This document shows, piece after piece, positions 27,755 through 37,732 of a DNA stretch of 64,000 bases. Each line of letters opens with the position of its first letter. Positions within the stretch are counted from its first letter, which is position 1. A program made the position numbers and the translations under genes. A model generated the notes under the pieces. It was not told the origin of the DNA. It searched no databases and saw only the letters and a program-made list of their open reading frames with translations. This DNA is from Trueperaceae bacterium (GTDB lineage: Bacteria; Deinococcota; Deinococci; Deinococcales; Trueperaceae), in the NCBI GenBank assembly GCA_040905465.1, contig JBBDRK010000067.1, forward strand, positions 1-64,000, in the 5' to 3' direction.

Positions 27755-28743
27755 GCGCCCACGTGCACGCGCCTACCGGCCGCATATGCTGCATCGACGA
27801 GGCGCGTCGCCTGCAGATAGTCGTCGAGCGAAATCCGCGGGGGAAGGCCGTCGCTTACCCGGCGCAAGACGTCGGCTATGAACTCGTCGTAGCGACTTCG
27901 AACATTTGGAATCGAGATAGTTTCATCTACGCCATCGTCTAAGGTAGCTACTCTCATTGTATTGTTGCGGTCCACGAGATAGGCATTTGTCGTCGCGACC
28001 CGCCACTCGGTGTCACTACCTGACATTGCCGCGAGGCTGTAGCCCGCCTCTATCGTGGCGAGAGCTCCGGAATCACTTTCGACGGTTACGCTGGCGAAGC
28101 ACTCGATCTTCGGCGAAGAAGGCGCATAACTGAACAGGGCAGAACGCACATGCGCCGGCGCCCCACCCGTGAACTGAAGGAACGCGTCGAAGGCATGGAT
28201 GCCAAGGTTGCGAAGCGGTCCTCCGCCAGACTGAGATGGATCCAGCATCCACTCCACGCCCATCACGCGGTATCGGTCCGCGGAGCCGTTGACCACCCGG
28301 AAGTGGGCGTGTAGCCGTTCCCCAAAACGGCCCTCCGATTCCAGTAGGTCGAGCCGGTTCCACAACTCGCTATAACGATTTACGAGAGGCATGGTTACGA
28401 ACAGATTCTGGCGGCGCGATTCTGCCACGAGAGGCTGCACCTGCTCAGCTGATAACCCCAGCGGCTTCTCGACCACCATGGGGATGCCGGCCTGGATGAC
28501 GCTTTGTGCTAGTGCCAGTACCTCCGTGGGCCGTCCCATTGCAACCACCAGATCTGGCCGATCGGCTGCCAACAGCGCGTCCAAGTCTGCGAAAGGGCGC
28601 GCTTCTGACTCTCTTGCGACTCTCTCTCGGACTACTTCATTGGCGTCCATCACTGCCGTGATCTGTGCTCCTGCCAACTGCAAGGCCGGGATGTGCATCG
28701 CGGAGTGCCAATGTGAGACACCCACGACGGCAACCTTTAGCAT
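27751..28743 (-). CDS. Gfo/Idh/MocA oxidoreductase
   Basis: VVGVSHWH, VEKPLG, SGGGPLRNLGIH..D; GAGGAG before ATG 28743. Confidence 0.88.
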   Translation of the reverse strand: MLKVAVVGVSHWHSAMHIPALQLAGAQITAVMDANEVVRERVARESEARPFADLDALLAADRPDLVVAMGRPTEVLALAQSVIQAGIPMVVEKPLGLSAEQVQPLVAESRRQNLFVTMPLVNRYSELWNRLDLLESEGRFGERLHAHFRVVNGSADRYRVMGVEWMLDPSQSGGGPLRNLGIHAFDAFLQFTGGAPAHVRSALFSYAPSSPKIECFASVTVESDSGALATIEAGYSLAAMSGSDTEWRVATTNAYLVDRNNTMRVATLDDGVDETISIPNVRSRYDEFIADVLRRVSDGLPPRISLDDYLQATRLVDAAYAAGRRVHVGA

Positions 28744-28825
28744 CTCTGTGAACTCCTCTCGCTCGCTTTCGGCCAGTCGCCGGCCGCCCGAAGGCTGCTC
28801 GGCTCCGAGTTCCACCGTCCAGGGC

Positions 28826-29653
28826 TCATGTCGTACTTCGAAGTAAGGTAATATCCGCAGGGGCAATTTCATCGAACGGTTCCAAATCCCGATCCCAGCG
28901 CCTCTCGTACTCGAGTGAGAGAGCGCCGTTAAAACCTGCCTGCCTCAATTGCTGTAGAAGGTCGCGCCATGGCACAGAACCCGTTCCGAGTCGGGTGAAC
29001 CGCCCCTCGCCACCATCCCCCACGAGGACGTCCTTGACGTGCACGTGGCGCACCCAGGCCAGCTGTCCGCGCAGTGCCAAGGATGCGTTCTCGCCATCGA
29101 GGACCAGGTTTGCCGGATCGAAGAGGATCCCGACGGCCGGCGAGTCGATCCCGCGGATGAGCCGCAACATACTGTCGGTCGTGCTACCGAAGGACCAACC
29201 CTTAGTCTCGATATTGAGCGATACGGCAGCGAGAGAAGCGATCGTAGCCAATTTGCGCATGCTGTCCAGGAATCGCTCGAACCGTATCGTGCTACCTTCC
29301 CCCTCTCGGCGTCCCGCCAAAATTCGCACGCCCCTGGCTCCCAGAAAGTCCGCTACCTCGATCGCATTCTTGACGTCCGCGATGGCTTCACTACGGATAT
29401 CGTCGTCGGCACTATCCAGGGTCCGTACGTAAGGCGTGATGTGCCAAGCGGTTAGACCTGCCGACTCGAGTTGGCGGCGCAAATTGATCAACTCACCTGG
29501 ATCAGGGCGAGAGGACAAGCCGCATGCATACCCGTCGTCCTGAACTATTTCCACTCCGTCCAAGCCGAGGCGTGAGAATAGCTCGACGGCGCTCTCAAGG
29601 TTCAGTTCGGGGGTTGCCAGCGTGTGCCCGACGATTGGCGGATATTTGGCCAC
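28826..29653 (-). CDS. Sugar phosphate isomerase/epimerase (xylose isomerase-like TIM barrel)
   Basis: DGVEI, NIET, FDPAN, HVHVKD, G.G.V.W, SLEYE. Confidence 0.88.
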   Translation of the reverse strand: MAKYPPIVGHTLATPELNLESAVELFSRLGLDGVEIVQDDGYACGLSSRPDPGELINLRRQLESAGLTAWHITPYVRTLDSADDDIRSEAIADVKNAIEVADFLGARGVRILAGRREGEGSTIRFERFLDSMRKLATIASLAAVSLNIETKGWSFGSTTDSMLRLIRGIDSPAVGILFDPANLVLDGENASLALRGQLAWVRHVHVKDVLVGDGGEGRFTRLGTGSVPWRDLLQQLRQAGFNGALSLEYERRWDRDLEPFDEIAPADITLLRSTT

Positions 29654-29657
29654 TTGC

Positions 29658-30434
29658 TTAGCCGGCCAACTTCGCGTACTCGGCGACGCGCCGGGCGAGT
29701 TCCATCTTTAGGCTGCTCGAGTCGGTCGCGATGGTAACGAGGTCGACGCCCCAACCGGCGGCTAGCCTTGCGAATGGAGGTCCCGCCGTGTGCAGTCCAA
29801 CGAAGAGCGAGCGCTTGTGGCACTCGTCGATGACACGTTTTATTGCCGCCTGGTGTTCCGGCCGGGTGCAGTCGGTCTCGGGGGGAAACCCCATCGAGAG
29901 ACTAAGGTCTGCCGGTCCGATATACACCCCTGAGAGACCGGGAGTGTCGAGTATTGGTTCCAGGTTCTCGAGGGCAGCAGTCGATTCGATCATGACGAAG
30001 ACCAAACAGTTGGCATCTGCGTCAGGAAAATAGGGTTCCTCTGCAACCAGCGCGGCCCGCATGGGACCGGAACTGCGCTTGCCGCGAGGGGGGTAGCGAC
30101 AGGCCGAGACGGCTACTTCCGCTTGCTCGGCATTGTCTACCATGGGTACGATTACACCGTCGGCGCCGGCATCAAGAAGGCGCATGAGAATACTTGGTTC
30201 GTTCCAGGGTGCACGAACAAAAGTGGGTACGTCCTTGGCCAGCGTCGCCTGGAGCATCGACAGGGCCTGGGTGAAGTCGATGAGGCCATGCTGCATATCG
30301 ACACAAATTGAGTCGAATCCTGCGCGGGATGCCATCTCGGCGACGAAGCCGTTGGGAATTGTTAGCCAGGCATTGGTTGTCGTGCGCTGTTTCCGCCACT
30401 CACCCAGAAGACGCTGAATTGATCGCTTTGGCAT
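29658..30434 (-). CDS. HpcH/HpaI aldolase family (second paralogue)
   Basis: VDMQHG, LDAGADGVIVPMV, RYPPRG.RS.G, MIES, IGPADLS. Confidence 0.92.
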   Translation of the reverse strand: MPKRSIQRLLGEWRKQRTTTNAWLTIPNGFVAEMASRAGFDSICVDMQHGLIDFTQALSMLQATLAKDVPTFVRAPWNEPSILMRLLDAGADGVIVPMVDNAEQAEVAVSACRYPPRGKRSSGPMRAALVAEEPYFPDADANCLVFVMIESTAALENLEPILDTPGLSGVYIGPADLSLSMGFPPETDCTRPEHQAAIKRVIDECHKRSLFVGLHTAGPPFARLAAGWGVDLVTIATDSSSLKMELARRVAEYAKLAG

Positions 30435-30451
30435 ATTTTCTCTTTAATCGC

Positions 30452-30477
30452 GGGGTGGGAGCGGAAGCTCCCACCCC
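30452..30477. terminator. GC-rich hairpin just after the SBP gene
   Basis: ggggtgggagc-ggaa-gctcccacccc perfect 11-bp stem. Confidence 0.65.
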
Positions 30478-30485
30478 AAGTGGAC

Positions 30486-31958
30486 TCAATCGCCTAGTGT
30501 TACAGAAGTGAAGTCGGGAGCCGAACTGGGTGCTGGCTGGAAGTTCTCGACCCGTTGGCGATGGGCGTAGTTTTCGAGCATGTCGATCGGGAACATTCCA
30601 ACAGCCTCTTCCCAGACGATCTCCGACGCCTGGGCATACAGATCTAGACGCTTGTCCTGGTCTAGCTCGGCCCGTGCCGCCAACAGGAGTTCATCGAGCT
30701 GCGGATTGCAGTAACCGGTCCGCTCGGCTGCGCACTGGTAGAGCCGCCCCAACAGGATATCTGCATCGCCAGTGGCCGCGGACTGGATCATGTTGTTCAT
30801 GGAGAAGTTGAGGTTGACCAGATCCTGGATCCAGATGGCGTGCTCCTTCTGTTGCGGAGCTACAGTAATCCCAACCTCTGCCAGGTCCGAGATGATGGTG
30901 TACGAGAGATCGCTGTATTCCTCGTTCTTCCACATCATCGAGGTCTCGAAGCCGTCTGGGAAACCGGCCTCGGCCAGGAGCGACCGGGCAAGCTCCGGAT
31001 CGTACTCGTAAGGCCGCTGCGGTGCGTAGCCGAACACCTGCGGCGTTATGGGCGCGTCGGCAGCGACACCGATGCCCTCATAAAGGTTCTCGATTGCCGC
31101 TTCGAAGTCGATCGCATGCCATACCGCCCGTCGAACGCGCGCATCGGTGAACGGTTCCTGGCTCGAGTTGAACCAGATTACGTAAGAGCCGTAACTTGGG
31201 ACCGAAGCGATCTCGATGTTCTGCTCTTCCTGGAGTTGGCGGAGCTGATCAGCGGGGATCAGCCAGGTGAGATCGATTTCACCGGTGCGGAGTGCCGTTA
31301 GGCGGCTCGATACCTCGGGAATCCGGAGCAGCTCGAGGCCGTCCAGTGACGGTGCGCCTGCCCAGTAGTCCTCGTTGGCGCTGAGTACTACCCGGTTGTC
31401 GACCTCAAAGTCCTCGATGGTGAAAGGTCCGGTACCTACTGGGGCGGTACCAAAGTCTTCTGTCGCGATGTCTTCACTGGAGCCGATGAACATCCGGGTG
31501 AGATTTACCAGCAAGGTCCCCATGGGCTCCTCGGTGGTCATCACTACTTCGTAATCACCGTTGGTTGTGACAGTAATGGGTGAGAAGAGGGCTGCCGCCG
31601 GCCCATCCAGCTCGACATACCGGTCCATCGAGGTCTTCACGTCCTCAGAGGTGAGGGGCGAGCCGTCGTGAAAGAGTACGTCCTCACGGAGCTTGAAGAC
31701 CCAAGTTCGGGCGTCCGGATTACTCCAGCTCTCGGCAACGCTGGGCTCGAACGTATCGCTGTCTCTAACGACTAAAGTGTCGAAAATGTGGTTAGCGGCC
31801 GTCGTCGTTCCGATATCCAGTCCATTGATCCCCTGCGGGTCGAGCGTGGTGATCGCGAATGGAACGGCAACTTTGAGTACGCCTTGGGCCAAGGAAAGAC
31901 TTAGTAGCAGGGCTGCTCCAAGGATAGTGAATGTCCGAAAACATAATCGCCTGCTCAT
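30486..31958 (-). CDS. Peptide/nickel-type ABC substrate-binding protein (family 5)
   Basis: Signal peptide, TLDP, IFDTLV, LREDV.FHDGSP, PVGTGPF. Confidence 0.92.
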   Translation of the reverse strand: MSRRLCFRTFTILGAALLLSLSLAQGVLKVAVPFAITTLDPQGINGLDIGTTTAANHIFDTLVVRDSDTFEPSVAESWSNPDARTWVFKLREDVLFHDGSPLTSEDVKTSMDRYVELDGPAAALFSPITVTTNGDYEVVMTTEEPMGTLLVNLTRMFIGSSEDIATEDFGTAPVGTGPFTIEDFEVDNRVVLSANEDYWAGAPSLDGLELLRIPEVSSRLTALRTGEIDLTWLIPADQLRQLQEEQNIEIASVPSYGSYVIWFNSSQEPFTDARVRRAVWHAIDFEAAIENLYEGIGVAADAPITPQVFGYAPQRPYEYDPELARSLLAEAGFPDGFETSMMWKNEEYSDLSYTIISDLAEVGITVAPQQKEHAIWIQDLVNLNFSMNNMIQSAATGDADILLGRLYQCAAERTGYCNPQLDELLLAARAELDQDKRLDLYAQASEIVWEEAVGMFPIDMLENYAHRQRVENFQPAPSSAPDFTSVTLGD

Positions 31959-31997
31959 GATGGGGTTCCTCCTGTGAAATGTGAACGAGGACTTCGG

Positions 31998-33080
31998 CTA
32001 GCGTTGCTCTGACAGGTTTCTCCTTTCGAAGTGACTCGTGGTTACCCGTGGCGAAGCCGTGCTCGAACCCGGTTCGAAAGTGCACGGCAGGACGAAGCGT
32101 TGGGGGGCCTGCGCGGTCCCGTCCAGGAGTGTCAGTAGTGTGGCCAGGCTGCGGCGGCCCATCGCCTCACGCGGAATCGTGAACGATGTCCAATCGGGGT
32201 CACCGGTAGCCGGGTTGAGCGGGTCGCCGAGTACCGCGAATGAAAGCTGATCTGGAAGCTGGATTCCTTGGTCCCTGGCCAATTCTTCGAACCGCCGAGC
32301 CAAATCGTCCGTCTCGAGCAGAACGGCTGTAACCTGATCGTCGTATAGCTTGGCGACGATGTTTACTTCGAGCGCGCCTTCACTAGTTCGAAGGACCGAC
32401 GATTGCCCCTCGAGGCCAAAGTTCCTCATCGACGTAAGGTAGCCCGATTCGCGGTCTGCGGCAGATTCGTCTGCCTCCGGGCCGCCTATATAGGCAATTC
32501 TGCGGTGACCTAGTTCGACGAGGTGGCTGATGATCTCTGCTGTCGCCCCAGAGTAGTCAGCCGCCACATACGACACACTTGTTCCAGGAACCTCCCGGCG
32601 GCCTACACATATGAACGGGTAGCCTGAGGAGGCCAGCTGCGCGAGTTCATGCTTGGGCGGCTGGCGGCCGAGGAGGATGCCGCCGTCCGCCATCTGCAGC
32701 CGATTGACGCCGTCGAGGAAGATGCTGCGTGGCCGGCCGAGTCGACTGGCACTGGTGAATAGCAGCAGGTCGAATCCCTTCGCCTCGGCCTCCTGTTCTA
32801 TACCAAGCAGGAACGGGAAGTAGAAGTCGCGCTGGGCGACAGGAAAAATCGATTCGAAACTGAATACGCCTAGCAACCTCGTGCGGCCCATGGCCAGGTT
32901 GCGGGCAACCGGATTGGGCACGTAGCCAAGTTGTGCGATCGCCCGCAGTACCCTTGATTCCGTTTCGTCACTAACCCGCACCGTCCCCCGACTGTCGGGG
33001 TTAAGCACCTTAGACACGACCGCCGTCGATACGCCGGCGAGCTTGGCTACGTCTATCTGGGTTGGTCGGCGCTGTTTCAT
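31998..33080 (-). CDS. LacI family regulator
   Basis: TQIDVAKLAGVSTAVVSKVLN, LGYVPN..ARNL, LGHRRIAY. Confidence 0.93.
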   Translation of the reverse strand: MKQRRPTQIDVAKLAGVSTAVVSKVLNPDSRGTVRVSDETESRVLRAIAQLGYVPNPVARNLAMGRTRLLGVFSFESIFPVAQRDFYFPFLLGIEQEAEAKGFDLLLFTSASRLGRPRSIFLDGVNRLQMADGGILLGRQPPKHELAQLASSGYPFICVGRREVPGTSVSYVAADYSGATAEIISHLVELGHRRIAYIGGPEADESAADRESGYLTSMRNFGLEGQSSVLRTSEGALEVNIVAKLYDDQVTAVLLETDDLARRFEELARDQGIQLPDQLSFAVLGDPLNPATGDPDWTSFTIPREAMGRRSLATLLTLLDGTAQAPQRFVLPCTFEPGSSTASPRVTTSHFERRNLSEQR

Positions 33081-33117
33081 CGCCGGCACACTTCCGTTTC
33101 TTTGCTGAGCCACACTT

Positions 33118-33160
33118 TGATTATGCGTATAATCTACTGCCCCAGAGGGCACGCTGTCAA
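33118..33160 (-). promoter_or_regulatory. Promoter with LacI-type operator (lacI-SBP-aldolase operon)
   Basis: TTGACA-18 bp-TAGATT overlapping dyad TGATTATGCGTATAATCT (33118-33135). Confidence 0.78.
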
Positions 33161-33187
33161 CGTTGGCAAAGTTGCCCATAGACGAGG

Positions 33188-33946
33188 CTAGATATACTCG
33201 CCGGCGTCGAGGCGCAGGACGGCTCCCGTAATGTGCTCTGCATCTGCCGACGCTAGAAAGCTCACGACGCGGGCTACTTCGGCTGGTTCTACCAGATGCT
33301 TGAGTGCTGTCGCCTCGAGGATACGGAGTTTGTGGTTTTCGCTGACCTTGAGCCGCTGCTTTTCGGTACCGATGTACCCGGACGCGACCATGTTGACGTT
33401 GATGCCAAACGGACCTAGCTCTTTTGCCATTGACTTCGTGAAGCCCAGCATTCCCGCCTTGGCGCTTGTGTATGCCGGCTGTCGCTCCTTGCCTCGCAGT
33501 CCGTTGATTGAGCCGATGTTCACTATCGTGCCGGCGTGCTGTTCGATGAAGACGGGCGCAACCGCATGGGTGTAGTTGAAGCAGGATTTGAGGTTGAGAC
33601 CTATGACCTCATCCCAGACTTCCTCGCTAATTTCCCAGATGTAACCTTCTGCCCTGCCCGCCCCGCCGACGTTGTTTATCAGGATGTCGAGCGTGCCCCA
33701 GCGTTCCACCACGTCGTCGACCAGTTGGTGCGCCTGCCGGAAGTTCGTCGCGTCGGCCTTTGACGCGACTACCTTCAATCCTTCTCGCGACAGTCGCTCC
33801 TGCAGGGCCAGCGCCTTGTCCTCACTAGAAGCGAAGGTGAAGACGACGCGGTCACCGGCCCGGGCGAAGTGCTCGACCAGGAACGAGCCCAGGCCGTGAG
33901 AACCTCCGGTAACCAGGATCGTGCGAATGGACGTCGACTCGCTCAC
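33188..33946 (-). CDS. SDR family oxidoreductase (FabG-like)
   Basis: TGGSHGLG, NNVG, NIGS, YTSAKAG; GTG 33946 overlaps upstream stop. Confidence 0.9.
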   Translation of the reverse strand: MSESTSIRTILVTGGSHGLGSFLVEHFARAGDRVVFTFASSEDKALALQERLSREGLKVVASKADATNFRQAHQLVDDVVERWGTLDILINNVGGAGRAEGYIWEISEEVWDEVIGLNLKSCFNYTHAVAPVFIEQHAGTIVNIGSINGLRGKERQPAYTSAKAGMLGFTKSMAKELGPFGINVNMVASGYIGTEKQRLKVSENHKLRILEATALKHLVEPAEVARVVSFLASADAEHITGAVLRLDAGEYI

Positions 33947-35724
33947 GGCGACCACGTCAGGCCGTAGGAGGCCTCGACCAGGGTGAGCTGACATGGCTCC
34001 CGGGAAGCGACGTTCCCGCCAAGATAGAGCGTTGTTGGAGTTCGCCCCGTGATCGAAAAGAAGGGCATCGCCTCCAGCCCGTTCACAGCGAGGCTTGCTT
34101 TGACCGGTGGCCAGATGTCTAGTTGCAATTCCAGGAAGTGACCTTCGGATTTCATCCCACTGTTCGACCAACCGGTGTTGCTGTGCACCCAGACAGTGTT
34201 CGAGTGTCTTGGACGCAAGGCGACGGTCAACCAGTGGTGCCTGCCGTGACTCGACCGCAAGGTCAGCAGCGGGAACTCCTCTCCTGACAGTGCCTGATCG
34301 AGTCGGTAATTAAGCACGATGCGACTCGGCTTGCCGGCCAGTTTGCCAAAGTGAGGCGCATGCGCACGGCTCCTCACCGTCGGAAAATGCAGGCCGCTCC
34401 TGCCTTCTTCGGTTTCCAATCTCGGCAGGTCGTTTCCCGATGCGTCGTTGGGCGCCAGGGGCTCGACTACCGTCCCCTTCATCCAGTCGAGTTCGATTCG
34501 AGCGTGGTTCAGATGATTGGCATTGTCCGTGAAACTGACCCAGACAGCGTGGAGTGACGGCACTCGATTATTGTCGACGGACTCGGCTAGCCAGCCGTAT
34601 GCCGAACCGAGCCAGTGCTCACGGCACTCCGCGGAGAGTACTTTGACGAGCGGCCAGTGGTTGTTCGCCAACCCAGGCTCATCAGTCATGAAAACTGAGA
34701 TGTTGGTACGGTCGGTCACCAGATGCTCGTTGGTTTGCAGCAGAGCATAGCTGCCGTTTCGCAGCTGGGTGATGAACGGTTTGGTCCCCGAACCACCGGT
34801 GTTGGGCAGGCCGGCGGGTCGGGGTGAGGACCAGGTACGACCCCCATTACTTGAGGTGCTGCGGTAGAGTTCGCGTCCCGTGTCGTACTGCACGCGCATG
34901 TAGGCGACCACTACGTCGTCGGTTGCCGACTCCACAATCGTGGGTTCGCAGAGGCAGAGAGACGGTTCTCCCCCAATGAAGTAGCTAGCTGTCCACGTTT
35001 CACCACCGTCCGTGGATTCAAGTACCCAGCATCTGTCCAGCGGCCAGAACGCCCCCTTTGGCTCGGTCACGGTTGTACGGCCGGCGATTGGCATGAGCAA
35101 CCGCCCGCCGCGGAGCTTGAGAATACCGTTGAGGCAAAGCGCCCTCACGTCGCGAAACTTGTCGCCCCGGCCATCGTCCAGTGCCTGCATGAAGGCCCAG
35201 ACGACTTCGCTTTCCCCGAGGGTTGTCCAGTCGCCCTGCTTCGCCGTCAGACGGATCCGACGTATTTCGCCCCCGCCCGTCGATCGGTGCGGACTGGCGG
35301 GGCCCCAGGTGTACGGCTGGTTGATCGTGTAGTAAAGCCAGGTCTTTCCCAGGGCGTCCTCGAAGGTGAATGAGTGCGTGATTGAGGAGGGCTGGGTGAA
35401 AGACGAGCCATGGTCCTGCGTCACGATCGGTTCCCCGCCGTGAGCCATCGTCCAGGAATCTCCTCGGTCACTGCTCACATACAGCGCCTGCTCGTTGCTG
35501 GCGTCGCCTTCCGCGTACCCCCGCTCGTCCCAACGACAGGTCACGAGGAGCTCACCGCTCGAGTGGACCAGGATGCTCGCCGCCTGTTGATGACGCAGTC
35601 GACTTCCTTCGATGGCACTATTGATACGTGTCGGAGACACGAAGAAACTCGCGGACTGCTCGCTTCGAAAGTTCGTTGCGAAGTGAGTCGGTCTTTCGAT
35701 TCTCTTGTCGCCGGCAGGGTCCAT
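33943..35724 (-). CDS. Sialidase/BNR-repeat beta-propeller protein with extra C-terminal domain
   Basis: Asp-boxes SSDRGDSW, STDGGETW, SSNGGRTW; CEPTIVE...YMR; SAY; TAAGGAG RBS. Confidence 0.78.
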   Translation of the reverse strand: MDPAGDKRIERPTHFATNFRSEQSASFFVSPTRINSAIEGSRLRHQQAASILVHSSGELLVTCRWDERGYAEGDASNEQALYVSSDRGDSWTMAHGGEPIVTQDHGSSFTQPSSITHSFTFEDALGKTWLYYTINQPYTWGPASPHRSTGGGEIRRIRLTAKQGDWTTLGESEVVWAFMQALDDGRGDKFRDVRALCLNGILKLRGGRLLMPIAGRTTVTEPKGAFWPLDRCWVLESTDGGETWTASYFIGGEPSLCLCEPTIVESATDDVVVAYMRVQYDTGRELYRSTSSNGGRTWSSPRPAGLPNTGGSGTKPFITQLRNGSYALLQTNEHLVTDRTNISVFMTDEPGLANNHWPLVKVLSAECREHWLGSAYGWLAESVDNNRVPSLHAVWVSFTDNANHLNHARIELDWMKGTVVEPLAPNDASGNDLPRLETEEGRSGLHFPTVRSRAHAPHFGKLAGKPSRIVLNYRLDQALSGEEFPLLTLRSSHGRHHWLTVALRPRHSNTVWVHSNTGWSNSGMKSEGHFLELQLDIWPPVKASLAVNGLEAMPFFSITGRTPTTLYLGGNVASREPCQLTLVEASYGLTWSP

Positions 35725-35850
35725 TGGTCTCCTTACCTAAACCTTGTGCCGCGTTCTAATGCGCCTGCAAGGCATCGATTGGCTGTGACGGCGTTGCGAT
35801 CGTGAGCGGTCGTGGTTCGTTGCGCCCTCCGCCTGCTGCGCCGGTCGACG

Positions 35851-36741
35851 TCAACCATGGCGGAGATGCGGGTCCAGGTAGTCGCGCAAGCGGTCGCCCA
35901 ACGAGCCGACTGAGACCACGACGACGACCAGTGCGAACCCGGGAAGTGCGCTGATCCACCAAGCCGACGAGAGGTAGTCGCGCCCGCTGGCGATCGTTAG
36001 CCCCCAGGATGGCAAGGCTGGCGGAGTGCCCAGACCGAGGAAACTGAGCCCCGCTTCGGCGATTATCACCAGGCCGAACTCGACCGTCGCTATCACCAGT
36101 AACGAGGTAAGCGTGAAGGGGAAGACGTGACGGCTTAAGACGCGACCATGCGAAGCACCCAGGGCGCGTGCGGCATGCACGAAATCGCGCTCCTTGGCAG
36201 CTAGTGTCGCGCTCCTGATTACCCGGGCGAACTTCACCCATCGAGTTATTGACAGTGTAATAATTACGTTGCTAACGCTGGGCCCAATGACCGCCGCAAT
36301 CAGGATCGCAAGGAGTATGGACGGGAAGGCAAGTTGAATATCGGCAAGTCGCATGACCACGTTGTCGAGGGCTCCGCCAAAGTAGCCGGACGTGATGCCC
36401 AAGATAGTGCCTACCGTACCTGCCACCAGCACAGTTACGGACCCCACGAGGAGCGACACCCGGGCACCGGCTATAATCTGCGCCAGTAAGTCACGCCCTA
36501 GGCGATCTGTCCCCAGCCACGCGGTTTCACCTGTTCCGGTAGCGGAACCGGGCGGCAACAGCCGATCACCAATGTTGACGTTGACGGCATCGTAGGGAAG
36601 CAGGAGCGGCCCCACGATTGCAGCCACGACGAAAAGGAGCGCGGGAACTGCCGCAGCGAAAAGAGGGGTGAGCCTCGAATGCCGCCGACTCGAAACTGCC
36701 TTGCCGACGTTGGGTTGCCCGTTGATGGATGCGTCGGACAT
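35851..36741 (-). CDS. Peptide/nickel-type ABC permease (DppC-like)
   Basis: LGTDRLGRD, DFVHAARALGA, EAGLSFLGLG, PSWG. Confidence 0.93.
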   Translation of the reverse strand: MSDASINGQPNVGKAVSSRRHSRLTPLFAAAVPALLFVVAAIVGPLLLPYDAVNVNIGDRLLPPGSATGTGETAWLGTDRLGRDLLAQIIAGARVSLLVGSVTVLVAGTVGTILGITSGYFGGALDNVVMRLADIQLAFPSILLAILIAAVIGPSVSNVIITLSITRWVKFARVIRSATLAAKERDFVHAARALGASHGRVLSRHVFPFTLTSLLVIATVEFGLVIIAEAGLSFLGLGTPPALPSWGLTIASGRDYLSSAWWISALPGFALVVVVVSVGSLGDRLRDYLDPHLRHG

Positions 36742-36745
36742 AGCC

Positions 36746-37675
36746 TTAGTGGTCACCGACCACTCGTACCCTTGGGTCCAGCCAGGTGTAGGTAATGTCC
36801 ACAACCAGGTTCATCACGACGAACACCGCTGCCATCAATGCGGTGGTGGCCTGGACTACCGGAAAGTCCCTGTTCTGTATGGCGTTGATCAGGAGCCGAC
36901 CTACCCCGGGCCAGGCGAAGACCGTCTCCACGATCACCGCGCCACCGATAAGTGCGCCAAGCTGCAGTCCTACGACTGTTACGACCGGTAGCAGCATGTT
37001 CCGCACGGCGTGACGATAGACGACGCCGTTCTCGGTGAGCCCCTTGGAGCGTGCGACCTGAACGTAGTTTTCGTTCAGTACGTCGAGCAGACCGCTGCGA
37101 ACGAGGCGTACTACGATGCTGAGAAACGGAAGGCCCAGGGCGACGGTGGGCATGACCAGGTGCTGCCAGGAGGTTGCCCCGGCACTCGGGAGGAGCTGCA
37201 AGTAGCGCGCGAACACGAGAACGAGCATGATGCCTGTCCAAAAGGTGGGTAGCGCCTGTCCCACCAGAGAGATGCGGCTGACCAGCCGGTCAAACGCTTT
37301 GCCCGGAGAGCGGGCGGCAAGTACTCCCATAGGAAAGCCCAGAAGCACCGCAAAGCCCGTGGACGATACAGCGAGAAGCAAGGTGGCTGGCAGCCGGTCG
37401 ATTACGTGGCCAATAGCCGAGCCGCCGAGGCGGTACGAGTCGCCGAAGTGAAGCTGAATCGCATTCATCATGTAACGCAAGTACTGCACGACCAGCGGCC
37501 GGTCGAGGCCGAGTCTCGTCCGGGTTGCCTCGATCTGATCGGGTGTGGCGGTGGGACCCAGAAGGGCGGTTGCCGGGTCGCCCGGCACGAAACGCATCAC
37601 GATAAAGATGATCGTTACGGCACCCCACACGACGAAGATCGCGTAACCGAGCCGACGCAGAATGTAGGCCGTCAT
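36746..37675 (-). CDS. Peptide/nickel-type ABC permease (DppB-like)
   Basis: PGDPA, LGLDRP, YVQVARSKG, ETVFAWPG.GRL. Confidence 0.93.
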   Translation of the reverse strand: MTAYILRRLGYAIFVVWGAVTIIFIVMRFVPGDPATALLGPTATPDQIEATRTRLGLDRPLVVQYLRYMMNAIQLHFGDSYRLGGSAIGHVIDRLPATLLLAVSSTGFAVLLGFPMGVLAARSPGKAFDRLVSRISLVGQALPTFWTGIMLVLVFARYLQLLPSAGATSWQHLVMPTVALGLPFLSIVVRLVRSGLLDVLNENYVQVARSKGLTENGVVYRHAVRNMLLPVVTVVGLQLGALIGGAVIVETVFAWPGVGRLLINAIQNRDFPVVQATTALMAAVFVVMNLVVDITYTWLDPRVRVVGDH

Positions 37676-37732
37676 TAATCAGAAACACGGCAGCCTGCGC
37701 CTCTGAGGAAGGCGTAAGCTGACCGAGAAGAG

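Noticed and set aside
33943..35724. Calling it nanH/canonical sialidase
   Set aside because: No RIP motif is visible and there are no nan catabolic genes; only the fold is supported
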